Of a DNA stretch of 32,000 nucleotides, positions 19,071 to 29,539 are shown piece by piece. Positions within the stretch are counted from its first letter, which is position 1. The number at the start of each line of letters is the position of its first letter. The stretch is from contig NC_002677.1 in the NCBI RefSeq assembly GCF_000195855.1, positions 2,490,001 to 2,522,000 on the forward strand. Reading direction: 5' to 3'. The notes under the pieces were generated by a model that saw only the letters and a program-made list of their open reading frames with translations, ran no database searches and had not been told where the DNA came from. The position numbers and the translations under genes were made by a program. Source of the stretch: Mycobacterium leprae TN (GTDB lineage: Bacteria > Actinomycetota > Actinomycetes > Mycobacteriales > Mycobacteriaceae).

Positions 19071-19900
19071 ATGAGGGCTGCCGCTGACTTTTGGGATGTT
19101 ACCCAACTGTACGGGCCTAGACAGTCCGGTGACCGCCGGTTTGGGCCAGGCAGCTTCAGTCGGCTGATCGTCTGGTGCCGCAAAGCTGGATGGCGACAAA
19201 CCAGGCGGCCATTGGGGCTCCTACCTAATGGACCTATAGGCCTATCTGGCCAGCCGAGAAAAGGCAGATCCTTACAGGATGACGATGGAAAACACGGCCG
19301 AAATTCCCCATAACCCGCACGACGTATAGTGGCTGCGACCGTCCAGGACATTCCCCGCATCTAGCCGAACCTGACCACCAACTAGATGAAATCATTGACA
19401 GGTGCCCCGGCACATGGTGTTCAGTTTTGCTGGTGCTGCGCCTCCGTTTAGCACCGCAGGGTTAGTTAAGTCGCGGATGGCATCTACAACAAGTTTAGCG
19501 CCATGCTCCGGTGCAAGGAGACAATTGTAATGGTACTACTCCCGTCATTGCCGAAGCTCGGATATCACGACCAGTCTGCAAATAGCTTGTTGATGAATGA
19601 AATTCGTGGCAAACTGGACAGAAGTTCCCCGCCATTGCCGTGACGTCAGCGGGCTGACCAGAGTCCCCTCTGAGCGTATTGTCGGGTGTGCTACCTCGGC
19701 TAATTGACATTTCGGCACCGGGTTACGCGCGACAGTGTTTCGGCTGATATCTGACAGTTCCTTGGGCTGCCCCTGCCCAATTTGACCACCGCCAGGTTAG
19801 ACATTCAGACTTGTCTCCCACTACCAACTGCAACGCAGCAACCAAGTTGGGTGCGACATCCGGCCGTACGCACCCGCTAAAGTCTCAGATTGGGTCGAAT
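19071..19900 (+). pseudogene. PPE-family pseudogene
   Basis: ADFWDV...RRFGPGSFS aligns with MDFxxLPPEINSxRMYxGPGS. GHWGSYLMD...DPYRMTMENTAE aligns with WxGxxxxxM...PYxxWLxxTAxxAE. GQKFPAIAVTSAG aligns with GQNTPAIAxTEA. The spacing is correct but the pieces lie in different frames with stops. Confidence 0.45.
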
Positions 19901-19911
19901 AGAAGAGTAGC

Positions 19912-20850
19912 GTGCAGCGTATAGACGGCTCGACTGATATGCCGATTCTCGGCGTCTACCAAACTGATTTCGCTCGCAACTCCAGCAGAGAAAACCGGGA
20001 GCTAGCTGGAGAAAACAGTTCCCAGTAACGCCGTAGAATAGCATCTCGGCGCCGCAGCATGGACCCAGTCCCGAGGGGCCGAAGCGCGCTATCGGTGACC
20101 ATAGATGGTCGCACCGGTGGCCGACGAATACGACCTTAGGTACGGGCTAAACAACTCCCATCTGCGCGCCATTGCGCAGCTCAACTTCGCCAACGCTCGC
20201 CGCACCCCCAACGCTCAGATCCACGGTTGAACGATCCCGACTTGACTCAGATCGACGACACCGCCAACCCGGTCATCGACGGTTGACTGCAACGGTTCGA
20301 CTGTAGCCAGATGACCGACGGCGGAGCCGAATTAGTTCTCGTCAGCGACACATATCTGCGAGATCATCCTGGTGCACCCCCAGTCGGTCGCATCCATGGC
20401 TGGGGATATCGCCCCGTCGGGCTGGGCTTGCGGGAAAAGCACTGCCGCGCTCCTAACTACCCGTACGTGCTGCCACATATGCGGGCTGCGGCACTGGATA
20501 CACTACACCGCACACAGGTGAGCCGGAACGACATCGACGCTTTCTAGGTGCACGACTTGACTACTTTACCCCTAGCGAATACCTGGCCATCAACCACATA
20601 GGGCTGATCGGCCTCGGCGAGTCGTGGAAGGGTATCAAAAACAGTGAGATCGAGATAGGCGACCGGTTGCTGATCAATCCCAGAGACAGTCATCCGGTGG
20701 AGGAATCTGGCGTGCGGATGCTACTGGACGCGACGAGCAGGTCAGTAATTCGTCCGGTGACTACCAGGTATCGAATGCAAAAAGGTTCGCTACGTTGAAT
20801 TTTAGCAGCAACACTGTCAGCACAGTCAGTTTCGTTGTCAGCACTATAGA
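19912..20850 (+). pseudogene. Thiolase-like / SCP-x-type lipid-transfer protein pseudogene
   Basis: ILGVYQTDFARN, FDCSQMTDGGAELVLVSDTYL, PHMRAAALDTLHRTQVSRNDIDAF (then a stop) VHD, and TVSTVSFVV match the nondecarboxylating thiolase pattern. Numerous stops and shifts are present. Confidence 0.65.
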
Positions 20851-20861
20851 GGGATCACGAC

Positions 20862-22290
20862 ATGGATGTCGAAATTGTCAGCAAGTTCCTGTCTACCCTG
20901 TCCGAAGACGACAGCCACTCGCGCCGGATTGTCCCGTGGCGACCGCAGACGATCGAATGGGACGCCAACGACCTCAACGCTTTAGCGGGAGAAATACCCA
21001 GCTACCTAAAAGCGTACCTACCGACGCAACACTAAAAACCACTGCACCCGGAGTTCACAGTGTATCACCCGTTCGATGAAGACGGCATGCTGCACATGGT
21101 CGGCTTCCGCGATGGAAAAGCCTTTTTTCGCAACAGCTTTATACGCACAGACGGATTTTTGTCCGAGAACATCGCAGGCGAGCCGCTGTGGCCCGGTTGG
21201 GCAGAACCGGTGCAATAATTGACCAAGCGTGAACAGGGCTGGGGATCCGCAACCAGATGAAGGACGGGTTGAACACCGACGTCACCGTCCATCGAGGCAT
21301 CGCGCTGACCAGTTTCTACCATTGCAGCGATCTGTACCACATAGAACCCTATCCCGCCAATACGCGAGGCAAGGAGATCGGGGACGGCCGTTTACAGTTG
21401 ACTGGAGCGTGGCGCACATCTCAAACTGGACAACAGGACCGGAGAACTGCTGTTCTTTAATACACAAGCAGGACCCGTACACATCCGCTATGGCCTCAAC
21501 CAAACAAGCAACGAACTGACACACAACAGTCGACATTCCGCTGCTTGGTTCGCGTTTGCCACATGGCATGGCGTTCACCGAAAACTACACGATCCTCAAT
21601 AATTGCCCATTGTTCTGAAGTCCAAGACTGCTCAAGAACAATGTGTGCTACCACGATTCTATCGTGACATGCTGTCTCGCTTCGCGGTGTTTCAAGCACC
21701 GGCGACATCCGGTGATTCGAGGCGGAACTTATATTCTTACCGCATTTTCTCAACGCCTACGAAAAGGGTGACGAGATCATGCGCGATAGATTCTTCGAAG
21801 ACTAGCCACACCCTTTGCACGCGGCGCCACTGACCAAGCCCGGCTGCACAGCTGGCGATTCACCCTAGTCACCGGTGCTGTAACAGAAGAGTAACTGCCG
21901 GAATCTATCACCGAGTTCGGGATGATCAATGCTGACTATGCCTCCAGCAAGTATCACTACTCCTATACCTATGCCGCCACCGGCCAATCGGGCTAGTTCT
22001 TCTTAGACGTATTGGCTAAACACGTTCTGCTGACCAAACACCAGGAGCGCTACTCATTCGGCGATGGCATCTACGGAAGTGAGAGGGCGCTGGCTCCGCG
22101 GTCGGGTAGTACCGGTGAAGATGACGGCTAACTGGTAACCCCTACCACCGACATGAATGCCGATAAGTCTTAATTATATGGGCTTCGAAGCAGCCAGGAT
22201 CACCGACACGTCCAGGTGAGTAAACTTCAACTGCCGAAACGTATTTCCAGCAGCGCGCGTTCCACCTGAATGCCCGGAGCCAAATTGTTG
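20862..22290 (+). pseudogene. Carotenoid-cleavage-type dioxygenase pseudogene
   Basis: LAGEIPSYL, HPFDEDGMLHMVGFRDGKAFFRNSFIRTDGF, MKDGLNTDVTVHRGIAL, GEDDG (then a stop) LVTPTTDMNADKS, and LPKRISSSARSTWMPGA are carotenoid oxygenase family motifs. Many stops interrupt them. Confidence 0.7.
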
Positions 22291-22538
22291 CGACGGAATG
22301 CCGCAGACTCCGCTGCAAGCGCAATCGGACTATGAGCGGCCTGCAAATGTACAGGATCAGGAAGTCGGAGTAACAGTGGACAACCAGAAAGGGCGCCGGA
22401 CAACACATTGACCCAGGGAGTTGGCGTCGGTCGACACCATTCCGTTTTACTCGCCGCTCGTCAAATTTCAAAGATACAGTGCAGTCTTACTGTGAACTGT
22501 TGAGGCTTCACACTTTACCATACGGTCGTCCTGAGACT

Positions 22539-22973
22539 TCACAGACTGGACCGACCGGCGGCCACTGCCGCGATTACTGCCCACACCGAGCACACCATAG
22601 CGCATACCGCTCCTGCTGCACCGAGATATAACCCGCATTCGGCGACCACCGGCGGATTGACATTGAGCTGGTAATACCACACCACAATCACCACGATGAG
22701 CAATGAAATGATCAGCGCAGCAATCGAAGCAACCTTGACCGATAGTCCGCGACCCATCATCGCCCCGGCCACCAGCAGCGTCGACGACAGTAACACGATG
22801 AGCTGGCCCGCACCAAAGCCGGACGGAAGTTCCAGATTGCCGTGTGTGCCGCCAATAGCGTTGGCCCAGCCTTCGTCGTTTACCTTCGTCGTAAGCCACG
22901 GTATCCAGACGCTGATCAAGACGATCGTGGCAAAAAACGCTACCAGCCAACCAAGGCGCAGTCGGTGGATCAT
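22539..22973 (-). CDS. Conserved small integral membrane protein (about 4 TM helices)
   Basis: Intact 144-aa ORF with an ATG start and four clear hydrophobic segments. It sits in the syntenic slot of an M. tuberculosis transmembrane protein of about 148 aa. No catalytic motif was recognised. Confidence 0.7.
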   Translation of the reverse strand: MIHRLRLGWLVAFFATIVLISVWIPWLTTKVNDEGWANAIGGTHGNLELPSGFGAGQLIVLLSSTLLVAGAMMGRGLSVKVASIAALIISLLIVVIVVWYYQLNVNPPVVAECGLYLGAAGAVCAMVCSVWAVIAAVAAGRSSL

Positions 22974-23029
22974 GGTTGCGACCCTAGTAGAGTGTCCGGC
23001 CAGTCTTGCGGTCGGTGTGCGGCGTGTGT

Positions 23030-23800
23030 AACTACTTCTGCAGCAAAGACAAGCCTAGAACCACACCATGTCGGATCGGTCACCTCAGCAAACTGACCGT
23101 AGGGGATGTCCTCAGCCGCACGCAAAACGACGCTGCTATGTTTTATGCTCACCTACAACGTTTTATCAATACCCCCAGCAGCAAAAATAGCCCAATTCGA
23201 CGAAATACCACCCAGCACAAAAGCAGCGCTGTCCATCACGCTGAGAAGTTGTTACTAACCGAAAAAATTCCTTGGTGGAACGGAATTCTTCTTTGTCAGA
23301 ATTCTGCTAGGCCCGTCAGCCGAAGAGCTCGCGAAAGAACCCGAAAGCGGCTAAGTAATCGCATGTGGAACATTGGTGCCAGACGAACACGGCAGTTTCG
23401 CCGATTACCTCGACGCCACGGTGTTCGAAGTGGCTTTCACAAACCAAACGACGCTCCCGACCAGTCAGTCGCCATGAAGCCCTTAGCGGGTATTTCCATC
23501 GTGACCATACCTATCGGGCCATTCGCCGCAGGGACCGCGAACACGATTGCGTTGATATCGCTGGTGCGGAAGTCAGGTGGCCCAGTTGTCAGGAGACTGC
23601 ATCTCAGACCGGTTGGCCATAAGGACAGCGACCCGGTGACCGTCCTTTGGGACAATTGATGTATCCACCTTACTACGGTCCGTCAGACTCAAACTTACAG
23701 CTAAGTACCGTGCCGTAGAATCATGGGCGCGTTCAACATCCGACGACATCAAATCGACCAACAGGGGGGCGCCCAGCAGTACACTGTTACGGCTGGGCAT
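23030..23800 (-). pseudogene. Glyoxalase / VOC-family protein pseudogene
   Basis: ATG at 23800 gives MPSRNSVLLGAPLLVDLMSSDVERA (VOC N-terminal GAPxWVDLxxxD pattern). DGHRVAVLMAN follows, and after a frameshift comes SDINAIVFAVPAANGPIGMVTMEIPAKGFMATDWSGASFGLW. The second half is badly decayed. Confidence 0.6.
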
Positions 23801-23869
23801 GATGACTTGCTCGTGGTGTATGTCTCTGACAATGAGGGTTGAACGATCGACTCGCACCAAACCAGAAAG

Positions 23870-24394
23870 TCACAGCCCGGCCGATGCTGACCGCTGTTCG
23901 ACGACGGCCCTACTATGCTGGTCAACGACGAGCGCCCGACTCCTAATCAGGCCAGGTTCCGGTCGCGAGAACGCCGTGACAAAGTTCTGTAACGATTCGC
24001 GGATATCAGTTCGCAGCGCAACGGCGACGATCATCCCTATCGGTCCAAACAGCGCGGAGCCACCCAGATGCACATCAAAGCTGACGACAGAGCCGTCGTC
24101 CTTAGGCGAAACCTTAGCAATCAGCTTGACCTTGACACCGCCAACACCGTCGCCGTTGAGCGTCATGGCCTCAGGCGCTTTGTAACGCACAACCGTCCAT
24201 CTGATCCGGTTGGGCATGCCCTTGACCTCGACATAGGACTCGATGACCGTGCCCTTCTCCACCACTTCAGGCAACTTGCTGCGCCACGCCCGGTGAATCG
24301 TTAGCCATTCACCGAAGCGGGCCAGATCGGAGGCACACATCCAGGCCTCATTCGGTGGCAGTGGTACGTCGATAGATCCGGTGAGTTTCGCCAT
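23870..24394 (-). CDS. SRPBCC (START/polyketide-cyclase-like) protein; homologues are annotated as the toxin partner of a two-gene module in M. tuberculosis
   Basis: Intact ORF of 174 aa from ATG 24394 (MAKLTGSIDVPLPPNEAW...), or 181 aa from GTG 24415, which overlaps the upstream ORF stop as GTGA. The composition is typical SRPBCC beta-rich. The C-terminal roughly 30 aa look like an unconserved read-through tail. Confidence 0.8.
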   Translation of the reverse strand: MAKLTGSIDVPLPPNEAWMCASDLARFGEWLTIHRAWRSKLPEVVEKGTVIESYVEVKGMPNRIRWTVVRYKAPEAMTLNGDGVGGVKVKLIAKVSPKDDGSVVSFDVHLGGSALFGPIGMIVAVALRTDIRESLQNFVTAFSRPEPGLIRSRALVVDQHSRAVVEQRSASAGL

Positions 24395-24411
24395 GCGCTT
24401 AATTCTGCTGG

Positions 24412-24582
24412 TCACCCAAAAGTGTCAAAGCTAGCGGCCTTCTTGGTCTCTTCAGCTACCTGATAGATAGTGTCAGTGTACTTGCCTTTCGCCTTTTCGT
24501 CGACGAACTCGCCGGCCTTATCGAGCACCGTTTCGACTTTGTCAGCATTCTGCACCAGTATGTCCTTTGCTTTGTCCAGCAC
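24412..24582 (-). CDS. Small helical 56-aa protein of the mycobacterial antitoxin-like family, paired with the SRPBCC gene
   Basis: It is below the 60-aa cut-off of the supplied ORF track. GTG at 24582 gives [56 protein letters not shown], then TGA at 24414-24412. An in-frame TAG lies three codons upstream, so GTG is the only available start. The lysine- and glutamate-rich helical repeat is typical of this family. Confidence 0.65.
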   Translation of the reverse strand: MLDKAKDILVQNADKVETVLDKAGEFVDEKAKGKYTDTIYQVAEETKKAASFDTFG

Positions 24583-24687
24583 TCTACATACCTATGTCCT
24601 TCCCCATCAATTCCCCGGGACTCTTAGTGCTGATGGCATCCTACTTGCCAGATTGTTATCAGCCTAGCTAGCCCCTGCCGGGTTACC

Positions 24688-26698
24688 TTAACAACCACGG
24701 TTGTACACCAAGCTTCCTGTCCCAAATCGCCATATTGCCTCGATCACTATGGAGCCGAGACAGCCGATGCCCAGTACGGTTGATATCAACCACGAGATTC
24801 GACGGGCCCAGGAAGAACTTTTCTGAGTCAGCGGCACCCTGAAGATCGCCACATAGACCAAACCCGAGCCAATGACCAACACCAACCACCACCGCCGGCA
24901 TGCAGTGACATCACAGCAAATACCCATAGCGCAGTCACCAACAACGTGAACAGCGCCGCTGTCGACACTTGATCCTGTTAACAACGCCCGTATTAGGCCA
25001 ACAAATGGGAGACAAAAATCGCGTCGCCGACCGACTAGACCGGACGGCAGCACTGACTTCCGCACCCGGCGGGCGAAGCCATGGTAAGCGCACTCGTTGT
25101 TAGGTGCCAACGAATGAATGACGTATTCCGATCGTGAACCACACCACGATGGTGGCGTGGATTGGCCGAAACGGATACAGCAGCAAGTCGATGTTGAATA
25201 GTTTAAAAAGCAAACATTCGGTGGCAACCAGCAGAATCAAATACACCGTCTTAGCCAAAACCAGATCGACCACCCGCTCGATGTTCCCGCTTATCCGGAG
25301 GCACTAGCAAACAACGTAAAGCAGCTTGGCAAAAATGTTATCCAGCAACACCATCTGAGCCACCGTGCAGGATACGGAGCTGCCCGCACCCATCTTGACG
25401 CCGATATCGGCATCCTTAAGCGTCAACACGTCGTTGAAACCTTCGTTAGCCATCACGATGGTATGACCGGGCGATGGCAGGGCACGCACGGCGACGCGTT
25501 TTTGCTCGGATCGCACACGACCGAACATGGTTCTGCTTCTCCAGCGCGTCAGCCAGTTCGGCTTATCCCGGAGGTAGGTTAAGAAAGTCCATCGTATCGC
25601 CATGCAGCCTGAGCTTACTGGCGATGACACCGACAGATACAGCGTTATCTTCTAAAATTTCCTACACCAAAACATACTGGACAAGAGAATATTTCATAGT
25701 CTCTCAGGAATCTTGTCGCACCTTGCTCCAGCACCACCAGCGCGACCGGGGCGACACGGCCCGGTTCGTTAGGATGATCGACAATCACGTAGCTGGCATT
25801 GGGGCGGGCACCGGCAATTACCAGCAAGGACAACACCTCCGGACCACCTTCTCGTTAGGACCTTTGGACAGTCAGATCCTCAACAAAGCAGACACGCATG
25901 CCGGTTTCAGTCAAGGTGTCGTTCTTGTACACACAGATCACATCGACCCGGGCTAACCCTTCGATAGCTGGCAACTCTTGCACCAAGCATTGACGTTGAT
26001 CCAGCCTGATGCAGCAGACCGCGAAAGCAATCGACGTGATCAATACCAGTTCTGCTAATACCATCGGGACCAGCGCACCCACCATCCGCAACACAGACAA
26101 CCACCACCCTGCAAGTGCGGTGAACAACTGTGTGTAGATAGTTAGCAGACACGCCGGCACCAACAGTTAAGTGATGAACTGCAGGAACCGGCTAATAGCT
26201 TTGTGCAGTTCGAATTTCACCAGGGTGCACTTTCTGTCCTCCCCTGCCAGTTGGACGGCATAGGCTTGCAGGCCCACCATGGTGGCGCAATAGGAACCGG
26301 TACCGGGCACGACAAAACTACCCGACATCACCGCATCACCGATACCCTTGGGAATCAGCTCCGCCGCGCCGGACAGAAGAATTCGAGTGTTTGATTACCT
26401 GCGCACCAAAAATTTCTCCTACCCAACGATCGCCAACTGGTCCAGCGTCTGCTTGGCCCGACCCTTATTGGATCATGCCGATGTTACTGAGCAAACCAAA
26501 CAACCCGTTGATCGCCGACCGTCGCCAAAGCGATCATCAGCAACACGCCCAGGATCACATCGATCCGGGTAAATACGTTGACCCGCAGGGTGTCCGTTAT
26601 GTTTCATACGGAGCGTCGCACAAGGCGTTGCTCTTGCCCTCGGCAATGCTTCACGCCACCTCAGCATCGGTCAAGCCACCTGGCGACGATAAGGTCAT
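24688..26698 (-). pseudogene. ctpE: P-type cation-transporting ATPase pseudogene
   Basis: ATG at 26698 gives MTLSSPGGLTDAEVA, then an in-frame TGA. Further pieces are [31 protein letters not shown]...[27 protein letters not shown] (phosphorylation motif DKTGT degraded to YKNDT) and [30 protein letters not shown] (hinge GDGxNDxPAL degraded). Many frameshifts are present. Confidence 0.8.
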
Positions 26699-26898
26699 CG
26701 TATGCATGTGCCCAGTTTTTCTACGTCATGGTACTCAAGGCGCAGCATGGCTCCAAGAACCTGGAGAAAACCGTCTTGGAAATCATTCCGGAATAGAAAA
26801 TTTCGTTCGTCAACGGGAATATGTAAGATATCGCCGTCCCAGTGTGTTAAACCAGCTTTCTGGCCCTATCGCCAGCTGTGGCACGCTGTACCGCTTGG

Positions 26899-27544
26899 TC
26901 ACGAATGGCCGGACCCCAGTAGCCACTGGCGTACACGCCGAGGTAATCGCTCAGCGGTCTGGCCGGAGCAGAGCTGACTGGGAGCTGTTGGCCGAAACAT
27001 CATCCCCTCCGGGTTGTTCATCGAGCCGACCTCATGGTTGGACAGGACCGCCCAGTTCTGGCGAATCTGATTGCAATATAACAGATATATGAATTCTGCG
27101 GTCAGTGTTTCCGACGTGCCGTACGGCGCGACGTTGGTCAGCATGATGATGCCGATCTCCTCAGGTAGTAGCACCGCAAAGTTCGTCGCTTCCCAGAATC
27201 GAAGCCAGTTGAAAGACGTCTCCGCGTCAATCTTGTTGTCTTGACCATCACCCTATGCTTATGCCCTTGGCGCCGAAAAGATTAGCGTACAATTCCTTTC
27301 CACTGTTAACGATGACCATTGCCATGCCCGGTATGCCGCTGCTTTTCATCAGGTCGCTGACCAAACCGTCGACCTTGGATAAGGCGACGTCGAGGCGGCA
27401 GGTCAGAATCTGCAAACCTGACACCTCATTGGGAGAAGGATCAAACAAAGTGTACGGCGGGTTCGACAGTGGTTAGACAAAATGACATCCGCTTAACGCC
27501 AACAAGACCATCACAATAGCGGCCATTACCGCGCGCTTCGTCAT
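26899..27544 (-). pseudogene. Beta-lactamase-like (serine hydrolase) lipoprotein pseudogene with internal deletion
   Basis: ATG at 27544 gives MTKRAVMAAIVMVLLALSGCHFV (signal peptide plus lipobox), then an in-frame TAA at 27475-27473. The same frame continues with SGIPGMAMVIVNSGKELY. The later GIIMLTNVAPYG comes far too soon for an intact domain. Confidence 0.65.
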
Positions 27545-27583
27545 GCCCGCAGACTCTAGCGTGGGAACCCGAAGCGCCCGAGT

Positions 27584-28739
27584 CTACCGGAAAAGACCGA
27601 GGAGAAGGTCCTCCAGCGGCGAGACCCAACCGGATTTGCTAGCCGAATCTATAGCCGCCACCAAGGATTGAATCTCAACGGCGCTGCTGGATCGAAACGC
27701 TGATCGGGGGTGAGTGTTGCGACCTGGATCTATGCAGCTTCGGCGGCAGCGAGCAGCTGTTGGACAAGTACAACCCACGGGTGAAGCGCCAGCCGGAAGG
27801 TGACCCATCGGCACCAGCAGCCCTGACCGCGAGTTCGTGACGTCCAGATGCGCCCGGACCGCTTACGCGGGATTCATGTTAATAGAATATCCACCCACGC
27901 CGGGTGGTAGGCCCCGATGGGCATCAACGTCAGGTCGAACGGTCCGTGGTCAACGCCGACCTGAGCGAAGCTCTTGGCGTAGCCGGTGTCACCGCCAAAA
28001 CATGCGCGACGACTTGGACCGATCAACCCCCACGACGCTCACAGCGTGGTGTTTCGGTTCAGGAAGCGTCCCCGAGAAGTGCCGTGCCGGCACGCAGATC
28101 AGGGTGAGCTCGTCGACCCGAGCACTCTGATCCCAGTCAAGTTCAACGATGCGATGACCAGGTATGCTCCACGGGCGAAGGTGGGCACCGACACCAATCG
28201 GCACAAAAACGGGGCCCGATGAGTGCGAGCAAACCCGACAACAATGTCGATATCGAGATGGGCCGTAGTGGTCGTAGCTTATGATCACCACGTCAACGGT
28301 AGACAGTACTTCCAGTTGTATCAGCGACGGGTGCAGCCGGTGCGATCGGACCACGTCCGAGGGCGAGCATCGGTCACTCCACACCGGATCGGTTAGCACA
28401 AAGTAGCCGTCGATCTCCAGCAGAATCGTGGAGTGACCGAGCCAGCTTACCGAGCGACGGCCGGGTGCAGTCTTGAAAATATTCGGTGCAGCCGATGGGA
28501 TCGGCGCCGCCGACCGGCTCACGCCTAATCCACCGATAAACTCCCATGGGATTAGCTGCAGTTGCTTGTGGTCCATGTCGAACACCGAGGCGGATTCGAG
28601 GTCGATCAAGACGCCATCTCGGTAGTCCGGAGACCTTCGCCATCGCCTGGATCGAAGCTAGGTCGGCACTGAAAGACTGCCTGCACGCCGTGCAGTGCTT
28701 ACAACAGCAAACCATCAGGGCGGACATACCAGCAGCCAA
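27584..28739 (-). pseudogene. Metallo-beta-lactamase-fold hydrolase pseudogene
   Basis: SVSWLGHSTILLEIDGYFVLTDPVWSDRCSP is followed by VDVVIISYDHYGPSRY, a degraded HxHxDH zinc motif. VPIGVGAHL and LICVPARHFSG are also present. The N- and C-terminal portions are in other frames. Confidence 0.65.
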
Positions 28740-28769
28740 TCACAGCGCTCTGCGCAGCATGCATGAATG

Positions 28770-29513
28770 TCATGCCCCCTGAAACTTAGGTGGCCGTTTC
28801 TCCACCCGGGCGACCTGCGCTTCGATGACATCCTGGCTGGTCCAGGCCTTGTCAAAGAGCTTCTTGTGCTCCGGCCACGCCTCTTCGATAGAGCCGTCGT
28901 CGTTGAGTACCCGCTTGGCGTGCTGGATCGCCAGTGGTGCTAGGCCGGTGACCTCGGCGGCCCAGGCCTGGGCGTCGGCCAGTGCACCGATGCGATTGGC
29001 CATCCCGGTCTGCAGCGCGATGTCGGCGGTCAACTTCTCCGCCGTCAGCAGCATCGCGCGGGCCCGGCCGTGACCAACCAACGAAGACAGTCGGCGAATA
29101 CTCCAGTTGTCAAGGGCCAAACCATATTTCGAGGTAGGAAACTGAAAATACGCATCCGGTGCAACAACCCGCAGATCACATTGCATGGCCAACTGTAGAC
29201 CAGCACCGATGGCGGGCCCGTTAATAGCGCCAATTACCGGCATCGGAACAGCATCCATGACCCTGTGTAACTCGATCAGCCGGTCAGGGTAGTCAGCGGC
29301 AAACGCATCTCCGCTCAGATCCGCGCCGGCACAGAACACCGTGCCCTGGCCAGTCAACACAATCACACGGGTAGACACCTCACTGTCGGCGCTACTAGCT
29401 TTCTGCACAGCCTCCCGCAGCTTCTCGATAAGTTGCGAATTCAGGGCATTGCGGCGCTCGGGACGCTGCAGCTCGATAGTCATAACGCCTTCGGCCTGAG
29501 TAATACCTATCAT
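28770..29513 (-). CDS. echA6: Enoyl-CoA hydratase/isomerase (crotonase) family protein EchA6
   Basis: Intact 247-aa ORF with an ATG start. It shows the crotonase fold signature ([36 protein letters not shown]). Its position matches echA6 between the MBL-fold gene and accD3. Confidence 0.9.
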   Translation of the reverse strand: MIGITQAEGVMTIELQRPERRNALNSQLIEKLREAVQKASSADSEVSTRVIVLTGQGTVFCAGADLSGDAFAADYPDRLIELHRVMDAVPMPVIGAINGPAIGAGLQLAMQCDLRVVAPDAYFQFPTSKYGLALDNWSIRRLSSLVGHGRARAMLLTAEKLTADIALQTGMANRIGALADAQAWAAEVTGLAPLAIQHAKRVLNDDGSIEEAWPEHKKLFDKAWTSQDVIEAQVARVEKRPPKFQGA

Positions 29514-29539
29514 TAAGCCAGCCTATAGAGCCTCGTCGG

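Noticed and set aside
19414-19470. MVFSFAGAAPPFSTAG as a candidate PPE N-terminus
   Set aside because: The signature blocks upstream (DF...GPGS at 19071 onward, W.G...PY..W...AE near 19200-19300) have the correct spacing for a PPE starting at 19071. The later match is probably fortuitous.
23006-23659. 217-aa plus-strand ORF
   Set aside because: It is antisense to the VOC-family remnant, has no recognisable motifs and has an Arg/Ser-rich low-complexity composition.
26391-27092. 233-aa ORF on the plus strand, the longest unexplained ORF in the track
   Set aside because: It lies antisense to the ctpE N-terminus and the bla-like remnant, whose minus-strand motifs are clear. Its composition is Pro/Arg/Ser-rich with no family motif, as expected for antisense frames in GC-rich DNA.
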